Below are positions 28,622-38,223 of a stretch of DNA of 64,000 nucleotides, piece by piece. Source of the stretch: Candidatus Eiseniibacteriota bacterium (GTDB lineage Bacteria; Eisenbacteria; RBG-16-71-46; CAVPCR01); assembly GCA_963702435.1 (NCBI GenBank), contig CAVPCR010000001.1:736001-800000 (forward strand), given 5' to 3'. Both the position numbers and the translations under genes were made by a program. The notes under the pieces were generated by a model that saw only the letters and a list, made by a program, of their open reading frames with translations, was not told the DNA's origin and searched no databases. Position 1 is the stretch's first letter. Every line of letters starts with the position of its first letter.

Positions 28622-29802
28622 TAGGGCCGGGCTTCCGCGTTCGGCCCGGACGGCCGACCGAAGTGGAGCCGCCGGCGAATGCGCGCGGTGACCTGCTCGG
28701 CGGGGCTCAGGAGCGAGCGGGCCGCCTCGGAGTCATCCATCGCGATGATGGCCACCGCGTAGTTGTCGGCGCGCGAGAGCGGGGAACGCAGGTTCAAGGG
28801 CAGTGGCTGGAGCACCGGCAGGACCTTGCTCACCCGCCCGTAGAGGCGGCCGGCCGGCGCCTTGGCGATCACCTCGACGCGAGCTCCCGCGACGTGCAGC
28901 CTGTCGCCGGACGCCAGGTACGCCTCCACCCACAAGGTCTCGTTCCGCATCACGCGCAGGATCGGGCCGCCTCCCGGCACGAACTCCCCTTCCTTGCGCA
29001 GCACCCCGGTCACGATGCCGTCGTGATCGGCGACCACCCGGAGCGCGGCGAGGGTCGCCGCCAGCCGCTCCCGCTCGCCTTCCTTCTCCTGTCGCTTGAT
29101 CTCGAGATCGGTGATGAGCGTCGTCCGCTCCTCCCTGAGCTTGGCGAGCCGATTGCGATGGAGTGCGAGCACCTGCTCGAGCTCGTCCACCTTGGCCGCG
29201 AGCCCCTCCCGGCGAGCCACCGCTCCGGCGTACTGCGACTCGGCCTCGACGAAGCCGCGCCGCCGCTCCTCGAGCTCGGCCGCCGTGAGCGCGCCGGCCG
29301 CGCGCAGCTCCTCGCCGCGCAGCTTGCGCTCGAGGGCGAGATCGCGCAGCTCCTTCTCGCTCGGCAGCACTTGCTCGATCGCCGTGCGGTCCGCCCGCGC
29401 GGTGCGGAGCTGGCTCTCCGTCTGCGCGATCGCGGTCTCGAGCTCGAAGCGCCGCCGCTCGATGCCCAGCTCCGACTGCTCCGCGCGGAGCGAGCGCGCG
29501 ATCTCCTCGAGATCGTGCTCGACCGCGGCGAGCTGCGTCCGGAGATCCTCGCTCTCGATGACCACGAGCTCGTCCCCGCGGCTGTAGGCCTCGTTCTCCC
29601 GGCGGAGGATGCGCGCGATCGTGCCGGCGGCGGCGCTCGAGATCTCGTACTCGTCGCCGACCACGAAGGCCGGCCAGTCCCGGTAGGTGAAATGGGTCAC
29701 CGCCGAGATCAACGCCACGAGGAGCACGGCGCCGATCGCGATCTTGACCGCCCGGCGGCGGCTGAGCGAGAGCGGAACGGGGGTCTTCTCTCCGAGCTGC
29801 AT
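28621..29802 (-). CDS. HlyD-family periplasmic adaptor
   Basis: N-terminal TM helix, lipoyl halves (GTIARIL..GDELV; DGIVTGVL..GEFVPGG) and a long coiled coil. Confidence 0.85.
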   Translation of the reverse strand: MQLGEKTPVPLSLSRRRAVKIAIGAVLLVALISAVTHFTYRDWPAFVVGDEYEISSAAAGTIARILRRENEAYSRGDELVVIESEDLRTQLAAVEHDLEEIARSLRAEQSELGIERRRFELETAIAQTESQLRTARADRTAIEQVLPSEKELRDLALERKLRGEELRAAGALTAAELEERRRGFVEAESQYAGAVARREGLAAKVDELEQVLALHRNRLAKLREERTTLITDLEIKRQEKEGERERLAATLAALRVVADHDGIVTGVLRKEGEFVPGGGPILRVMRNETLWVEAYLASGDRLHVAGARVEVIAKAPAGRLYGRVSKVLPVLQPLPLNLRSPLSRADNYAVAIIAMDDSEAARSLLSPAEQVTARIRRRLHFGRPSGPNAEARP

Positions 29803-29816
29803 GGATCGGCCGTGGG

Positions 29817-31322
29817 CTAGAGGTCCGGCGGTCCGGGTTTGGGTGTGGCCTCCGCCATCCGCTCGCTCGACGGCGCCGGGGAGGCGGCCGCCGCGAGCGT
29901 GACGGGATCGGCTCCCGCGGCCATGGCGCGCTCGAAGTAGCGGCGGGCGAGCTCGCCCCGGGCGACCGCCACCTCCATCTCGGCGTCGATCACCTCGAGC
30001 TCGGCGTCGATGACCTCGATATCCTGCTCGATCTCGGCCGTTCCCACATCGGTCGCCCGGAGCCCGGCCACCCGCCGGTCCTCCGCGCGGAGCGCGAGCT
30101 CGGCCTCGGCGGCCGCGAGCCGGGCCGCCGCCTCATCGTGCGCCAGGGAGGCCGCGGTCGCCCGTCCCGCCGCTTCCCGCTCGATGGCGAGGATGGCGAG
30201 GCGCTGGCGTTCGTAACGTGCTTCGACCTGCTTGGAAAAGGACTGGCCGGAGCGCCAGAGCTCGAGCGGGAACTCGAGGGTCACTTCGACCCCGGGGATG
30301 TGCCCTTCCTCGCTGTCATCTTCATCGGCAAAGGTGCGGTCGCGGGAGGCGAACGAGTAGAAGAAGCGCAGGTCGATCTCGGGAAGATTATACCAGACGC
30401 TCGAGCGCGGACCGCGGCGGAGCGGCGGTTCGACCGGGGCGACCGCGGCCGGGGGTGCGCCCGGCGCCGGCATCATCTTCGACCAGTCGAGCGCGGTGGC
30501 CCGGAAGGGCCCCGGCGCCTCGCCGTCGACCATCACGCCGAGATAGGCCGTGAGCTCCACCTCGAGGCGCGCGCCTTCCGCGGCGTCGGCCCGGCGGCCG
30601 GCGAGGTCGGCCTTCGCGGCGAGCACGTCCCGCCGGAGGCTCTCGCCGCGCTCCGCGCGCTGCTCGAGGATCCGGACCTTGCGCTCGGTGAGCGCTATCG
30701 CACGCGCGCGGAGCTCGCGATGCCGCTGCTCGGCGCCGAGGTCGACGTAGGCACCGATCAGGCCGATGGTCGCCTCGCTGCGGGCGGCGGCGGCGCTCTC
30801 CTCGAGCTCGATGATCCGCAGCTCCTGGTTCGCGGTGAGGAGGCGATCCTCGACCGACTGGCCGAGGAGCGGGTGCGTGATCGAGAAGGTCAACCGCCGG
30901 CGGATGTCCTCGAGCTCCCCTTCCTTGATGTTGTCGCCGTTCACCTCGTAGCGGTCCACCTCCTCTTCGCTGTAGTTCCCCTCCACCTCGACCTGGAAAG
31001 CCCGGCTCGCTTTAAGGTGGGTGATCTCGGCCTCCGCCTCCTCGCGGCGCAGATCGATGCGCCGCACCTCGATCAGCCGGCCGGACGTGCTCGCCAGCAA
31101 CTCATGGAGGCTGAGCGCAGGAAGCTGCGCCAGCGGGACCGGCCCCGGTGCTGGGCTCGCAGCGGACGGCGGGGGATCGGCGGCGGCCGTTCCCGGGGCG
31201 GCGGCGGCCGTTCCCGGGGCGGCGCCGGCCCAGACCGGCGCGGCGAGGACGAGCGCGAGCGCCGCTCCGGGCAGGGTGCGGCGGCGGCGGGAGATCCGGC
31301 GGGAAGGGGCAGGATACGACAT
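29817..31322 (-). CDS. TolC-family outer membrane protein
   Basis: Signal peptide; two repeats of beta-pair plus long helices (AYVDL; LPEIDL..VTLEFPL); adjacent to the HlyD gene. Confidence 0.75.
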   Translation of the reverse strand: MSYPAPSRRISRRRRTLPGAALALVLAAPVWAGAAPGTAAAAPGTAAADPPPSAASPAPGPVPLAQLPALSLHELLASTSGRLIEVRRIDLRREEAEAEITHLKASRAFQVEVEGNYSEEEVDRYEVNGDNIKEGELEDIRRRLTFSITHPLLGQSVEDRLLTANQELRIIELEESAAAARSEATIGLIGAYVDLGAEQRHRELRARAIALTERKVRILEQRAERGESLRRDVLAAKADLAGRRADAAEGARLEVELTAYLGVMVDGEAPGPFRATALDWSKMMPAPGAPPAAVAPVEPPLRRGPRSSVWYNLPEIDLRFFYSFASRDRTFADEDDSEEGHIPGVEVTLEFPLELWRSGQSFSKQVEARYERQRLAILAIEREAAGRATAASLAHDEAAARLAAAEAELALRAEDRRVAGLRATDVGTAEIEQDIEVIDAELEVIDAEMEVAVARGELARRYFERAMAAGADPVTLAAAASPAPSSERMAEATPKPGPPDL

Positions 31323-31393
31323 GCGACTCACCTCGTCGGGCCGCGGGTCCCGCCCACCCGCGGCGCGCGGGCCCGGCGGCTGCGGGCTCGAGC

Positions 31394-31645
31394 TCAGCGC
31401 TTGGACCTGCTTTGAAGCAGCTTCGCGATCAGATCGATCGCTTCCTTCACCTCGGGGAAACGCCCCTGAGCCAGCTTCGAGAACACGAGCTCGTCGTCGA
31501 CGAGGAGCTCGAAGCGTCCTCCGTCGCTCGGTACGAGCTGCCACTCCGCGACCTCCCACTTGAACCTGGGCAGGGCCTTGTCCATCAAACTGATGGCCTT
31601 GGGTTCGTAGTTTCAGCTGGCGCAGTAGATGAGCTTGACCTTCAT
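31394..31645 (-). CDS. Rdx/SelW/SelT-family selenoprotein (Sec at codon 11)
   Basis: GAGGAGG RBS; MKVKLIYCAS-TGA-NYEPKA...LVPSDGGRFELLVDDELVFSK...GRFPE; CxxU motif. Confidence 0.92.
31582..31596 (-). promoter_or_regulatory. Bacterial SECIS-like hairpin
   Basis: CCAUCA-GUU-UGAUGG starting 16 nt after the UGA, with G first in the loop. Confidence 0.65.
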
Positions 31646-31697
31646 GCGATCCTCCTCGCGTCCCGCGGCAACCCGACGCGCTCGCCGGTGCCGTGGG

Positions 31698-32603
31698 CTA
31701 GCCGGGCTTCTTGCCCGGCGCCGGCGTCTCCATCTTCACGTAGCCGGCCGGCAGGTCGAAGAGCTCGGCCGGCAGGTCCTTGCTCTCGATCCTGGTCATC
31801 TCGGTCGTCATCGCCAGAATGACCTGGCGGCCCTCGCCATGGGCGGGGGCCGGGGAGCTCAAACCCGCCACGCCAGCCCGGGCGTCGATCTCGAGGGACA
31901 GGACGGTGCGGATGGCCGTGCCGTCGAGCTTCTTCATCTCCTCGGCGAGCCGCTTCATGAGATGGCTGAAGGGATTCTCGGCACCCCCCGGTCCAGCCAG
32001 GTGGCCGAAACCCACCGCCTCCACGGTCGACTGCGCGTGCGCCTCGAGCTCCGCGGCCCCCGGGAAGTCGGTCGCCATCCACAGCTCGGCGACGATGTAC
32101 TGACTGGCCCCCCGTAGCGATGGATCGGTCAGCGGGCTTGCAATCGTGAGGATCACGAGCTCGGCCGGGGCCCCGCAGATCACGTCCTTCCGGCCCGGGT
32201 GCTCGACCAGGACCTCGCTCTCCGCCGCGGCTCCTTCCCCGCCCGCGGCCCCGGGGGCAGCGGCGAAGGCCTTCTTGAGCTCGGCGAAGGTGGTCTCGCT
32301 GTAGACCTGCTTCGCGGGATCGAGATACCAGATGAGACCGCGGTCGAGCCGCGTGATCGAGATGAGCCCGCTCGTCGCCGGGGTCTGCCCCGCGGTGGCC
32401 CCCTCGGCCGTCATCTCCGAGCGTTCCCGCCCGCTCTTCACGTAGACCTTGTTCCGCGCCGCGGTCGGCTTCATGCCGCTCGGCCCCGAGGAGGTGATTC
32501 GCTGCTCGTACACGACGTCGGCCTGCACGGCGGGGACCGCGAGGAGAAGCGCGACGAGGAGGAGCGAAGCCGCGGTCGCGACCGCCGGTGCGGGTGCTTT
32601 CAT
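31698..32603 (-). CDS. Secreted DUF4412-like protein
   Basis: Signal peptide; ITRLDRGLIWYLDPAKQVY, ELWMATD, ELFDLPAGY. Confidence 0.75.
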   Translation of the reverse strand: MKAPAPAVATAASLLLVALLLAVPAVQADVVYEQRITSSGPSGMKPTAARNKVYVKSGRERSEMTAEGATAGQTPATSGLISITRLDRGLIWYLDPAKQVYSETTFAELKKAFAAAPGAAGGEGAAAESEVLVEHPGRKDVICGAPAELVILTIASPLTDPSLRGASQYIVAELWMATDFPGAAELEAHAQSTVEAVGFGHLAGPGGAENPFSHLMKRLAEEMKKLDGTAIRTVLSLEIDARAGVAGLSSPAPAHGEGRQVILAMTTEMTRIESKDLPAELFDLPAGYVKMETPAPGKKPG

Positions 32604-32744
32604 GACGTCTCCAGGACCCGGGTGCCACGGGCCGCGCCGCGGGCGGCCGCCGCCGGAGCTTAGCAGACCGGGGAGTCGGGCGCGGGGCAAGCCCCGGGCC
32701 CCCACTTTGACCTGCGGGCCGGCTCAGGCTATTCTCCGCACCCC

Positions 32745-34238
32745 ATGAACGGAGTGCCGCCGCTGCGCATCCAGGCCGTGAACGCGGCCCCCGTCCGGCC
32801 CGGCGGCGAGTTCGTCCTCTACTGGATGATCGCGGCCCGCCGGCCGGAATGGAACTTCGGGCTCGAGCGCGCGGTCGAGTGGGCCGCCGAGCTCGGAAAG
32901 CCGCTCCTCGTCCTCGAGGCGCTCCGGGCCGGCTATCCCTGGGCGAGCGACCGCCTCCACCGCTTCGCGCTCGACGGCATGGCCCGGAACGCCGCGGTCT
33001 TCGCCCGGCGCGCGGTGGCCTACCATCCCTACGTCGAGCCGGCGGCCGGCGCCGGCCGCGGGCTCCTCGCCGCGCTGGCCGCGCGAGCCGCCGTCGTCGT
33101 CACCGACGAGTTCCCCTGCTTCTTCCTGCCGCGCATGGTGGCGGCGGCGGGAGCCCAGCTCGCGGTGCGCCTCGAGCAGGTGGACTCGAACGGACTCCTC
33201 CCCCTCCGCGCCGCCGATCAGATCTTCCCGACCGCGTACGCATTTCGCCGCTTCCTGCAGAAGAACCTCCTCGCTCACCTGGGCGCGGCGCCACAGGCCG
33301 ATCCGCTCGCACGCCGGCCGCTGCCCCGCCTGGCGGCGCTGCCGGCCGCGATCGCGAAGCGCTGGCCGGCCGCGAGCCCCGACCTCCTCGGCGGCGGGGC
33401 CGCGGCGCTCGCCGCGCTGCCTATCGACCACACGGTCCCGCCGGTCGCGACACGCGGCGGGCAGGAGGCGGCGCGCCGCGCGCTCACCCGCTTCGTCAGG
33501 GAACGCCTTGCCGGCTACGCCGAGGGCCGTAACATCCCCGACCAGGAGTGGGCGAGCGGTCTCTCGCCGTACCTGCACTGGGGCCACATCGCGGCCCACG
33601 AGGTGTTCGCCGCGATCGCCCGGCAGGAGGAGTGGGCACCGGACCGGGTGGCGCCCAGGGCGACCGGGAGCCGGAGCGGATGGTGGGGCATGAGCGAATC
33701 GGCCGAGGCGTTCCTCGATCAGGCGATCACCTGGCGGGAGCTCGGATTCAACATGACGGCGCGGCGAAGCGACTACGACCGCTTGAAGTCGCTTCCCGAC
33801 TGGGCGCGCGCGACCCTGACCCGACATGCGCGCGATCCGAGGCCGCACCTCTACACCCGCGCCGAACTCGCAGCGGCCGCCACTCACGATCCGCTGTGGA
33901 ACGCGGCTCAGCGCGAGCTCCTCGCGACCGGCCGCATCCACAACTACCTGCGCATGCTGTGGGGGAAGAAGATCCTCGAATGGTCCAGGTCGCCCGCCGC
34001 GGCGCTCGCCACGATGATCGAGCTCAACGACCGGTACGCCGTGGACGGCCGCGACCCGAACTCCTACACCGGGATCTGCTGGGTCCTCGGCCGCTACGAC
34101 CGGCCGTGGGGGCCCGAGCGGGCGATCTTCGGCACCGTGCGCTACATGACCTCCGAGAACACGGCGCGGAAGCTCGCGGTCAAGAAGTACCTCGCCCGCT
34201 ACGGCGCCGGGCCCGGCCCCGCACCCGCCCGCGCATGA
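32745..34238 (+). CDS. phrB: Deoxyribodipyrimidine photolyase, class II type
   Basis: VLYWM, SGLSPYLHWG, THDPLWNAAQ, IHNYLRMLWGKKILEW, DGRDPNSY, FGTVRYM. Confidence 0.92.
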   Translation: MNGVPPLRIQAVNAAPVRPGGEFVLYWMIAARRPEWNFGLERAVEWAAELGKPLLVLEALRAGYPWASDRLHRFALDGMARNAAVFARRAVAYHPYVEPAAGAGRGLLAALAARAAVVVTDEFPCFFLPRMVAAAGAQLAVRLEQVDSNGLLPLRAADQIFPTAYAFRRFLQKNLLAHLGAAPQADPLARRPLPRLAALPAAIAKRWPAASPDLLGGGAAALAALPIDHTVPPVATRGGQEAARRALTRFVRERLAGYAEGRNIPDQEWASGLSPYLHWGHIAAHEVFAAIARQEEWAPDRVAPRATGSRSGWWGMSESAEAFLDQAITWRELGFNMTARRSDYDRLKSLPDWARATLTRHARDPRPHLYTRAELAAAATHDPLWNAAQRELLATGRIHNYLRMLWGKKILEWSRSPAAALATMIELNDRYAVDGRDPNSYTGICWVLGRYDRPWGPERAIFGTVRYMTSENTARKLAVKKYLARYGAGPGPAPARA

Positions 34239-34316
34239 GACGGGCCGGGAACCGCCTTCGGCTCCCGGCCCGCCGGCATCAGAGATCCGCCGTGTCTACA
34301 GCACCATCCCCCTTTC

Positions 34317-37300
34317 CTACTTGAGGATCACCAGTTTCTTCGACGAGGTGAACCCGGGCGCATCGATCTGGTAGAAGAAGACGCCCGAGCCCACGCGCTG
34401 GCCGGCATCGTTGGTGCCGTCCCAGACCACCTCGAACGGAGTCGTCTCCGGCGTCGCCACCTGGTCGACGAGGATGCGCACCACCCGCCCGCTCACGTCG
34501 AAGATACGGAGCGTCACGCGCCCCGGCTCGGCGATCGTGTAGCGGATGGCGGCGGCCGGGTTGGCCGGGTTGGGTTGCGCCTGGTAGAGCTCGTTCACGA
34601 AGCGCGGCGCCGAGTCCGCGTCGATGCCGATCTGGCTCGCATTGATCGGCATCCCCGCCCAGGTGAACAGGTCGATCACGAGCTCCGCGTTCTCGCCGTT
34701 GATCCGGTAGTGGTCGAACAGGCACTGATCCTGGCAATTGAGCGGGTAGAGCTCGGCGAGCGCGAAGCTCATCGCCGCCGACTTCTCGCAGGTGTGCAGC
34801 GGATTGGTCTTGCGGATCGCCGCCAGCCAGCTCGGTCGGGCCACGTCATCGGCGCAGCTCACCGGGTCCGGCCCGCCCTCGAATGACTCGACGAAGTGCG
34901 CCACCGCCTCGCCGCTCGAGACGGCGCCGAAGACGTCGATCGACAGGTCATCGGGGCAGCCCGAGCCGAAGACCTCGGCTGTATCGAAGCGATCGGCCGG
35001 GCGGCTCGAGGCGATGCGGGCGCAGCGGCGGAGATCGCTGTTCGCGAGCTGCTGCGCGTAGTCGCTCGCCAGGACGTCCACACCGCGGTTGGCAAGGAAG
35101 GCCGGGCCGTTGGTCGTGGCCACGTCGATCTGCGACGCCCAGCCGATGCCGTCGAGGACCAGGAGCCGGTTGGCACCGGCCGTGCAGCCGGCGATCCAGG
35201 TCTCGAGCTTTTGCTGATCGACCCCCGGCTGCCCGCCGAAGAGCGAGAGGGTCCGCCGGTCGCTCAGCATGACGTCGGAGTCGAGGAGGCCGCCCGAGTA
35301 CCAGATGATCTCGTAGTTGTTGAGCATCAGATCGGTCGCGCCGTTCAGGGGCGGGCGCGGCTGCTGCGTCGAGCGGTCCTCCCGCCTGCCGATCCCGTCA
35401 TAGCAGGCGTTCCAGTTGGTGCCCATGACGTCGTAGGTGTCGAACTCGAGGCCGAGGCTCCCGAGCATCGTCCGGAGCCGCGACCGCGCCGTCGTGCCCC
35501 GGCCGGGCACCGCGTTGGTCTGGAAATCGTGGATGAGGAGCATGTTGTTGGCGTACGTGCCGTCGCACGCCGGGGCCAGGCTCGGCAGGTTGTTGATCTG
35601 GAGCCACAGCTCCTTATAGTTCGCCGTGGTCCTGATCGGTTGCTTCTGCCGGCCGAACGGGAAGGTGCCGACGACCTGGTTGCTCGACGTGCTCCGCGCC
35701 TCGAAGAAGTAGTACACGTTGGTGCCGGCCGTGAACAACCCGTCGGGCAGGATGTCGTCGCACGGCTCGACCGCCGGCGGCTGGCCCGTCCAGAACGTGT
35801 TGTTACGCGCGTCCGCCTCGTGGAAGCAGGTCATGTAGGTGCCGGGACCGGTCTCCCCGGTGCCGTGCGTGCGCGAGGTGTCCATCCGCGCCGCATGCCA
35901 GATGAGACCGCCGGGGAAGGTGCTCGGACCCGAGGCGGGGAAGGCGGCGAAGAACGGGTGATTCAGGTTGGGCTGGCACGGGCCGCGTTCGACCGCCCAG
36001 CGCAGGTACATGGCGAGGCCCGAGGCGCCGGTCTTGGCCACCGCGGTGTCGGACCGCACCCAGCGCAGCGGGTTCTCGACCCCGAGGTTCTGGGTCAGGC
36101 TGTGCGCCCCGTCGCTGCGCACCGTGGCGGTCGGCAGCGAGACGTTCGTGGTCGGGAAGTTGTCCGTGTAACGATCGATCGTGTCCGAGGTGATGGCGAT
36201 ACCAGCCGGATCGAACACGCCGAAGCGTACGTTATCGAAGAAAGGCGCTCCGTTGTCGTTGATGTCGCAGTTCGCGGTGCCGCGGCACTGCGACCAGACG
36301 CCGATGTGCAGGATTACCGAGTCGGCGTCGGCCGGCATGTTGTCCGACACGTCGTCCAGGAAGCCGGTGAGGCAAGCGGACCCCGCTCCCTGGTTGTAGA
36401 AGTCGGTGGTCGCTTCGTTGGTCTGCGACCAGTTGAACACGGTGCCGGCGCCGGGCTCCCCGGCCGACGGAGCGTACGGACAGTGATTCGCGTTGAAGGG
36501 CCAGTAGACCCAGGCGAATGCGGCGCCGGTCTCGAAGAGCGCGGCCCCGCCGTCGAAGTAGATGTCCGCGATGAAGATCCGTCCGGCATCGCCGTCGAGG
36601 TCGGGATTGCTCGAGCCGCCGATGGCGAAGGCCCGCGAGGTGGCGAAGCTCGACTGGAACGAGTCGTTCAGATCGCAGTCGTCACGGTCCGCGAAGAGCA
36701 GCACGCGGTTCTCGAGCCCGCACGCTTCGGGGCAGTCCACGATCGGCGGGCAGGAGAAGTTGGCGAGCGACTCGATGCGCCCGGCGGCCCGGTCGGGATC
36801 GGTGGTGATCTCGAAGTCGAAGCCCTCGAAAGCTCGAGGCTGCCAGCCGTTCATGCCGGTCTCGAAGTTATCGAGCCCCTGTGACACGTTGTTCCGCAGG
36901 AGCTCGACATCGTCGATCTGCCACGCCCAGAAGAAATCGCCCCCTTCCGAGTTGTCCGAGAACAGCGCATCCGCCGACAGGCGGAAGCGGACATGGAGCG
37001 TGCCCGCCGCGCTCGTGGGCCAGGTCAGGAGGTTCACGACCTCGAGCCCGCCGGCCGCCGTCGGCTTCGGGGTCGCGAAGTCGCCGTCGCTGTAGAATCC
37101 GTTCGGCAAGGTCAGATCGCCGACCTGTTCCCAGAACACGCCGTCGAAGGAGATCTCGACCCAGTTGGTGTCGAACCCCGCTTCGACCGCGTAGCGGTGG
37201 TAGAAGCGGAGGTCGTACACCGCGCCCTGATTGCCGGCCGGGATCGCGAAGGACTTCTGGACTCCCTGCGACCAGCCGTCGCCGTAACCCCGCGTCTGGC

Positions 37301-37826
37301 CCCAGCCGCAGTTCTCCGGGTTCAGGCGCAGGTTGGTGCCGATCCAGACCGACCAGCTCCCGCGGAGCGGGTCCGGGCCGTCGTTCTCACCGTCGTTCGC
37401 GTGCGTCGTGGCGCGGTGCGCGAAGCTCCCGCCGTCGAAGTTGAAGTCGTAGGTGCCGTCGGTCCGCCAGTGACCGGCCCCGGTCTGCGAAGGACCGCGG
37501 CGGGCCGTTCGATCCTCGAAGGTCCAGCCGTCCCGGTACTGATTGCCGACCGGATCGCCGTCGGCGAATGTCTGCGCGGGCTCGCCGGAGCTGGCCTCCC
37601 AGGTCCAGGTTCCCCCGCGCACGATGGCGCCGCTGCCGGCACCGCCGCCGCCGAACCACACGGTGTCGGCATGCGAGGTGACCGGCCCGCCATCGACATC
37701 CGATTCGGCGATCGCGGCACGGTCGGTTTCGTCTGTGCCCGGTCTGGTCAGCTGCCGGTAAGCGAGTGCCGGCGCCGCTCCCAGGACGAGCGCCAGGACC
37801 AGGGTGAGCGAAAGCAAGGGCTTCAT
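34317..37826 (-). CDS. Large secreted protein (1169 aa) with a MAM/immune-inhibitor-like beta-sandwich and a C-terminal FlgD-Ig domain
   Basis: Signal peptide; LRFYHRY..FD...VEIS.DG..W, VRFRL.AD, WQIDDV; C-terminal QPNPANP..IFDVSGRVVR..WDGTNDAG..SGVFFY. Confidence 0.85.
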   Translation of the reverse strand: MKPLLSLTLVLALVLGAAPALAYRQLTRPGTDETDRAAIAESDVDGGPVTSHADTVWFGGGGAGSGAIVRGGTWTWEASSGEPAQTFADGDPVGNQYRDGWTFEDRTARRGPSQTGAGHWRTDGTYDFNFDGGSFAHRATTHANDGENDGPDPLRGSWSVWIGTNLRLNPENCGWGQTRGYGDGWSQGVQKSFAIPAGNQGAVYDLRFYHRYAVEAGFDTNWVEISFDGVFWEQVGDLTLPNGFYSDGDFATPKPTAAGGLEVVNLLTWPTSAAGTLHVRFRLSADALFSDNSEGGDFFWAWQIDDVELLRNNVSQGLDNFETGMNGWQPRAFEGFDFEITTDPDRAAGRIESLANFSCPPIVDCPEACGLENRVLLFADRDDCDLNDSFQSSFATSRAFAIGGSSNPDLDGDAGRIFIADIYFDGGAALFETGAAFAWVYWPFNANHCPYAPSAGEPGAGTVFNWSQTNEATTDFYNQGAGSACLTGFLDDVSDNMPADADSVILHIGVWSQCRGTANCDINDNGAPFFDNVRFGVFDPAGIAITSDTIDRYTDNFPTTNVSLPTATVRSDGAHSLTQNLGVENPLRWVRSDTAVAKTGASGLAMYLRWAVERGPCQPNLNHPFFAAFPASGPSTFPGGLIWHAARMDTSRTHGTGETGPGTYMTCFHEADARNNTFWTGQPPAVEPCDDILPDGLFTAGTNVYYFFEARSTSSNQVVGTFPFGRQKQPIRTTANYKELWLQINNLPSLAPACDGTYANNMLLIHDFQTNAVPGRGTTARSRLRTMLGSLGLEFDTYDVMGTNWNACYDGIGRREDRSTQQPRPPLNGATDLMLNNYEIIWYSGGLLDSDVMLSDRRTLSLFGGQPGVDQQKLETWIAGCTAGANRLLVLDGIGWASQIDVATTNGPAFLANRGVDVLASDYAQQLANSDLRRCARIASSRPADRFDTAEVFGSGCPDDLSIDVFGAVSSGEAVAHFVESFEGGPDPVSCADDVARPSWLAAIRKTNPLHTCEKSAAMSFALAELYPLNCQDQCLFDHYRINGENAELVIDLFTWAGMPINASQIGIDADSAPRFVNELYQAQPNPANPAAAIRYTIAEPGRVTLRIFDVSGRVVRILVDQVATPETTPFEVVWDGTNDAGQRVGSGVFFYQIDAPGFTSSKKLVILK

Positions 37827-38223
37827 TGCCATACCCTCCACGCGCGCTGTTTTTCGGGCGGCAGGGATAGCCGCGCGATGCGAACGATGGCGCCCCGAGG
37901 CGCGGCGAGATCGGCGCCGGAGCGGGCGGAGGGAGTGGGGTGGAAGTCGCCCGGCACCGCACGAAAACGCAAACACCGGGTTGTGTGCAGGTTCTCGACG
38001 TCGCCGATGGTTCCGTGACCGCGCATCCGCGCGGTTCGCGGCGCTCATCGCGGCGCCGATCGCCACGCCGGTTCAGGCGTTCATCGTTTCACTACGGCTA
38101 TACGGAACGGGCGGCGGGCTTTGTTGCTTACTTTCCTCGCGCCGAATCAGCAGCCGACACGGCGCCGACTCGCAACAACATTGCCATGGAGTAAAGGTCG
38201 TTGACAGAAACGGGCGGCGGCGA

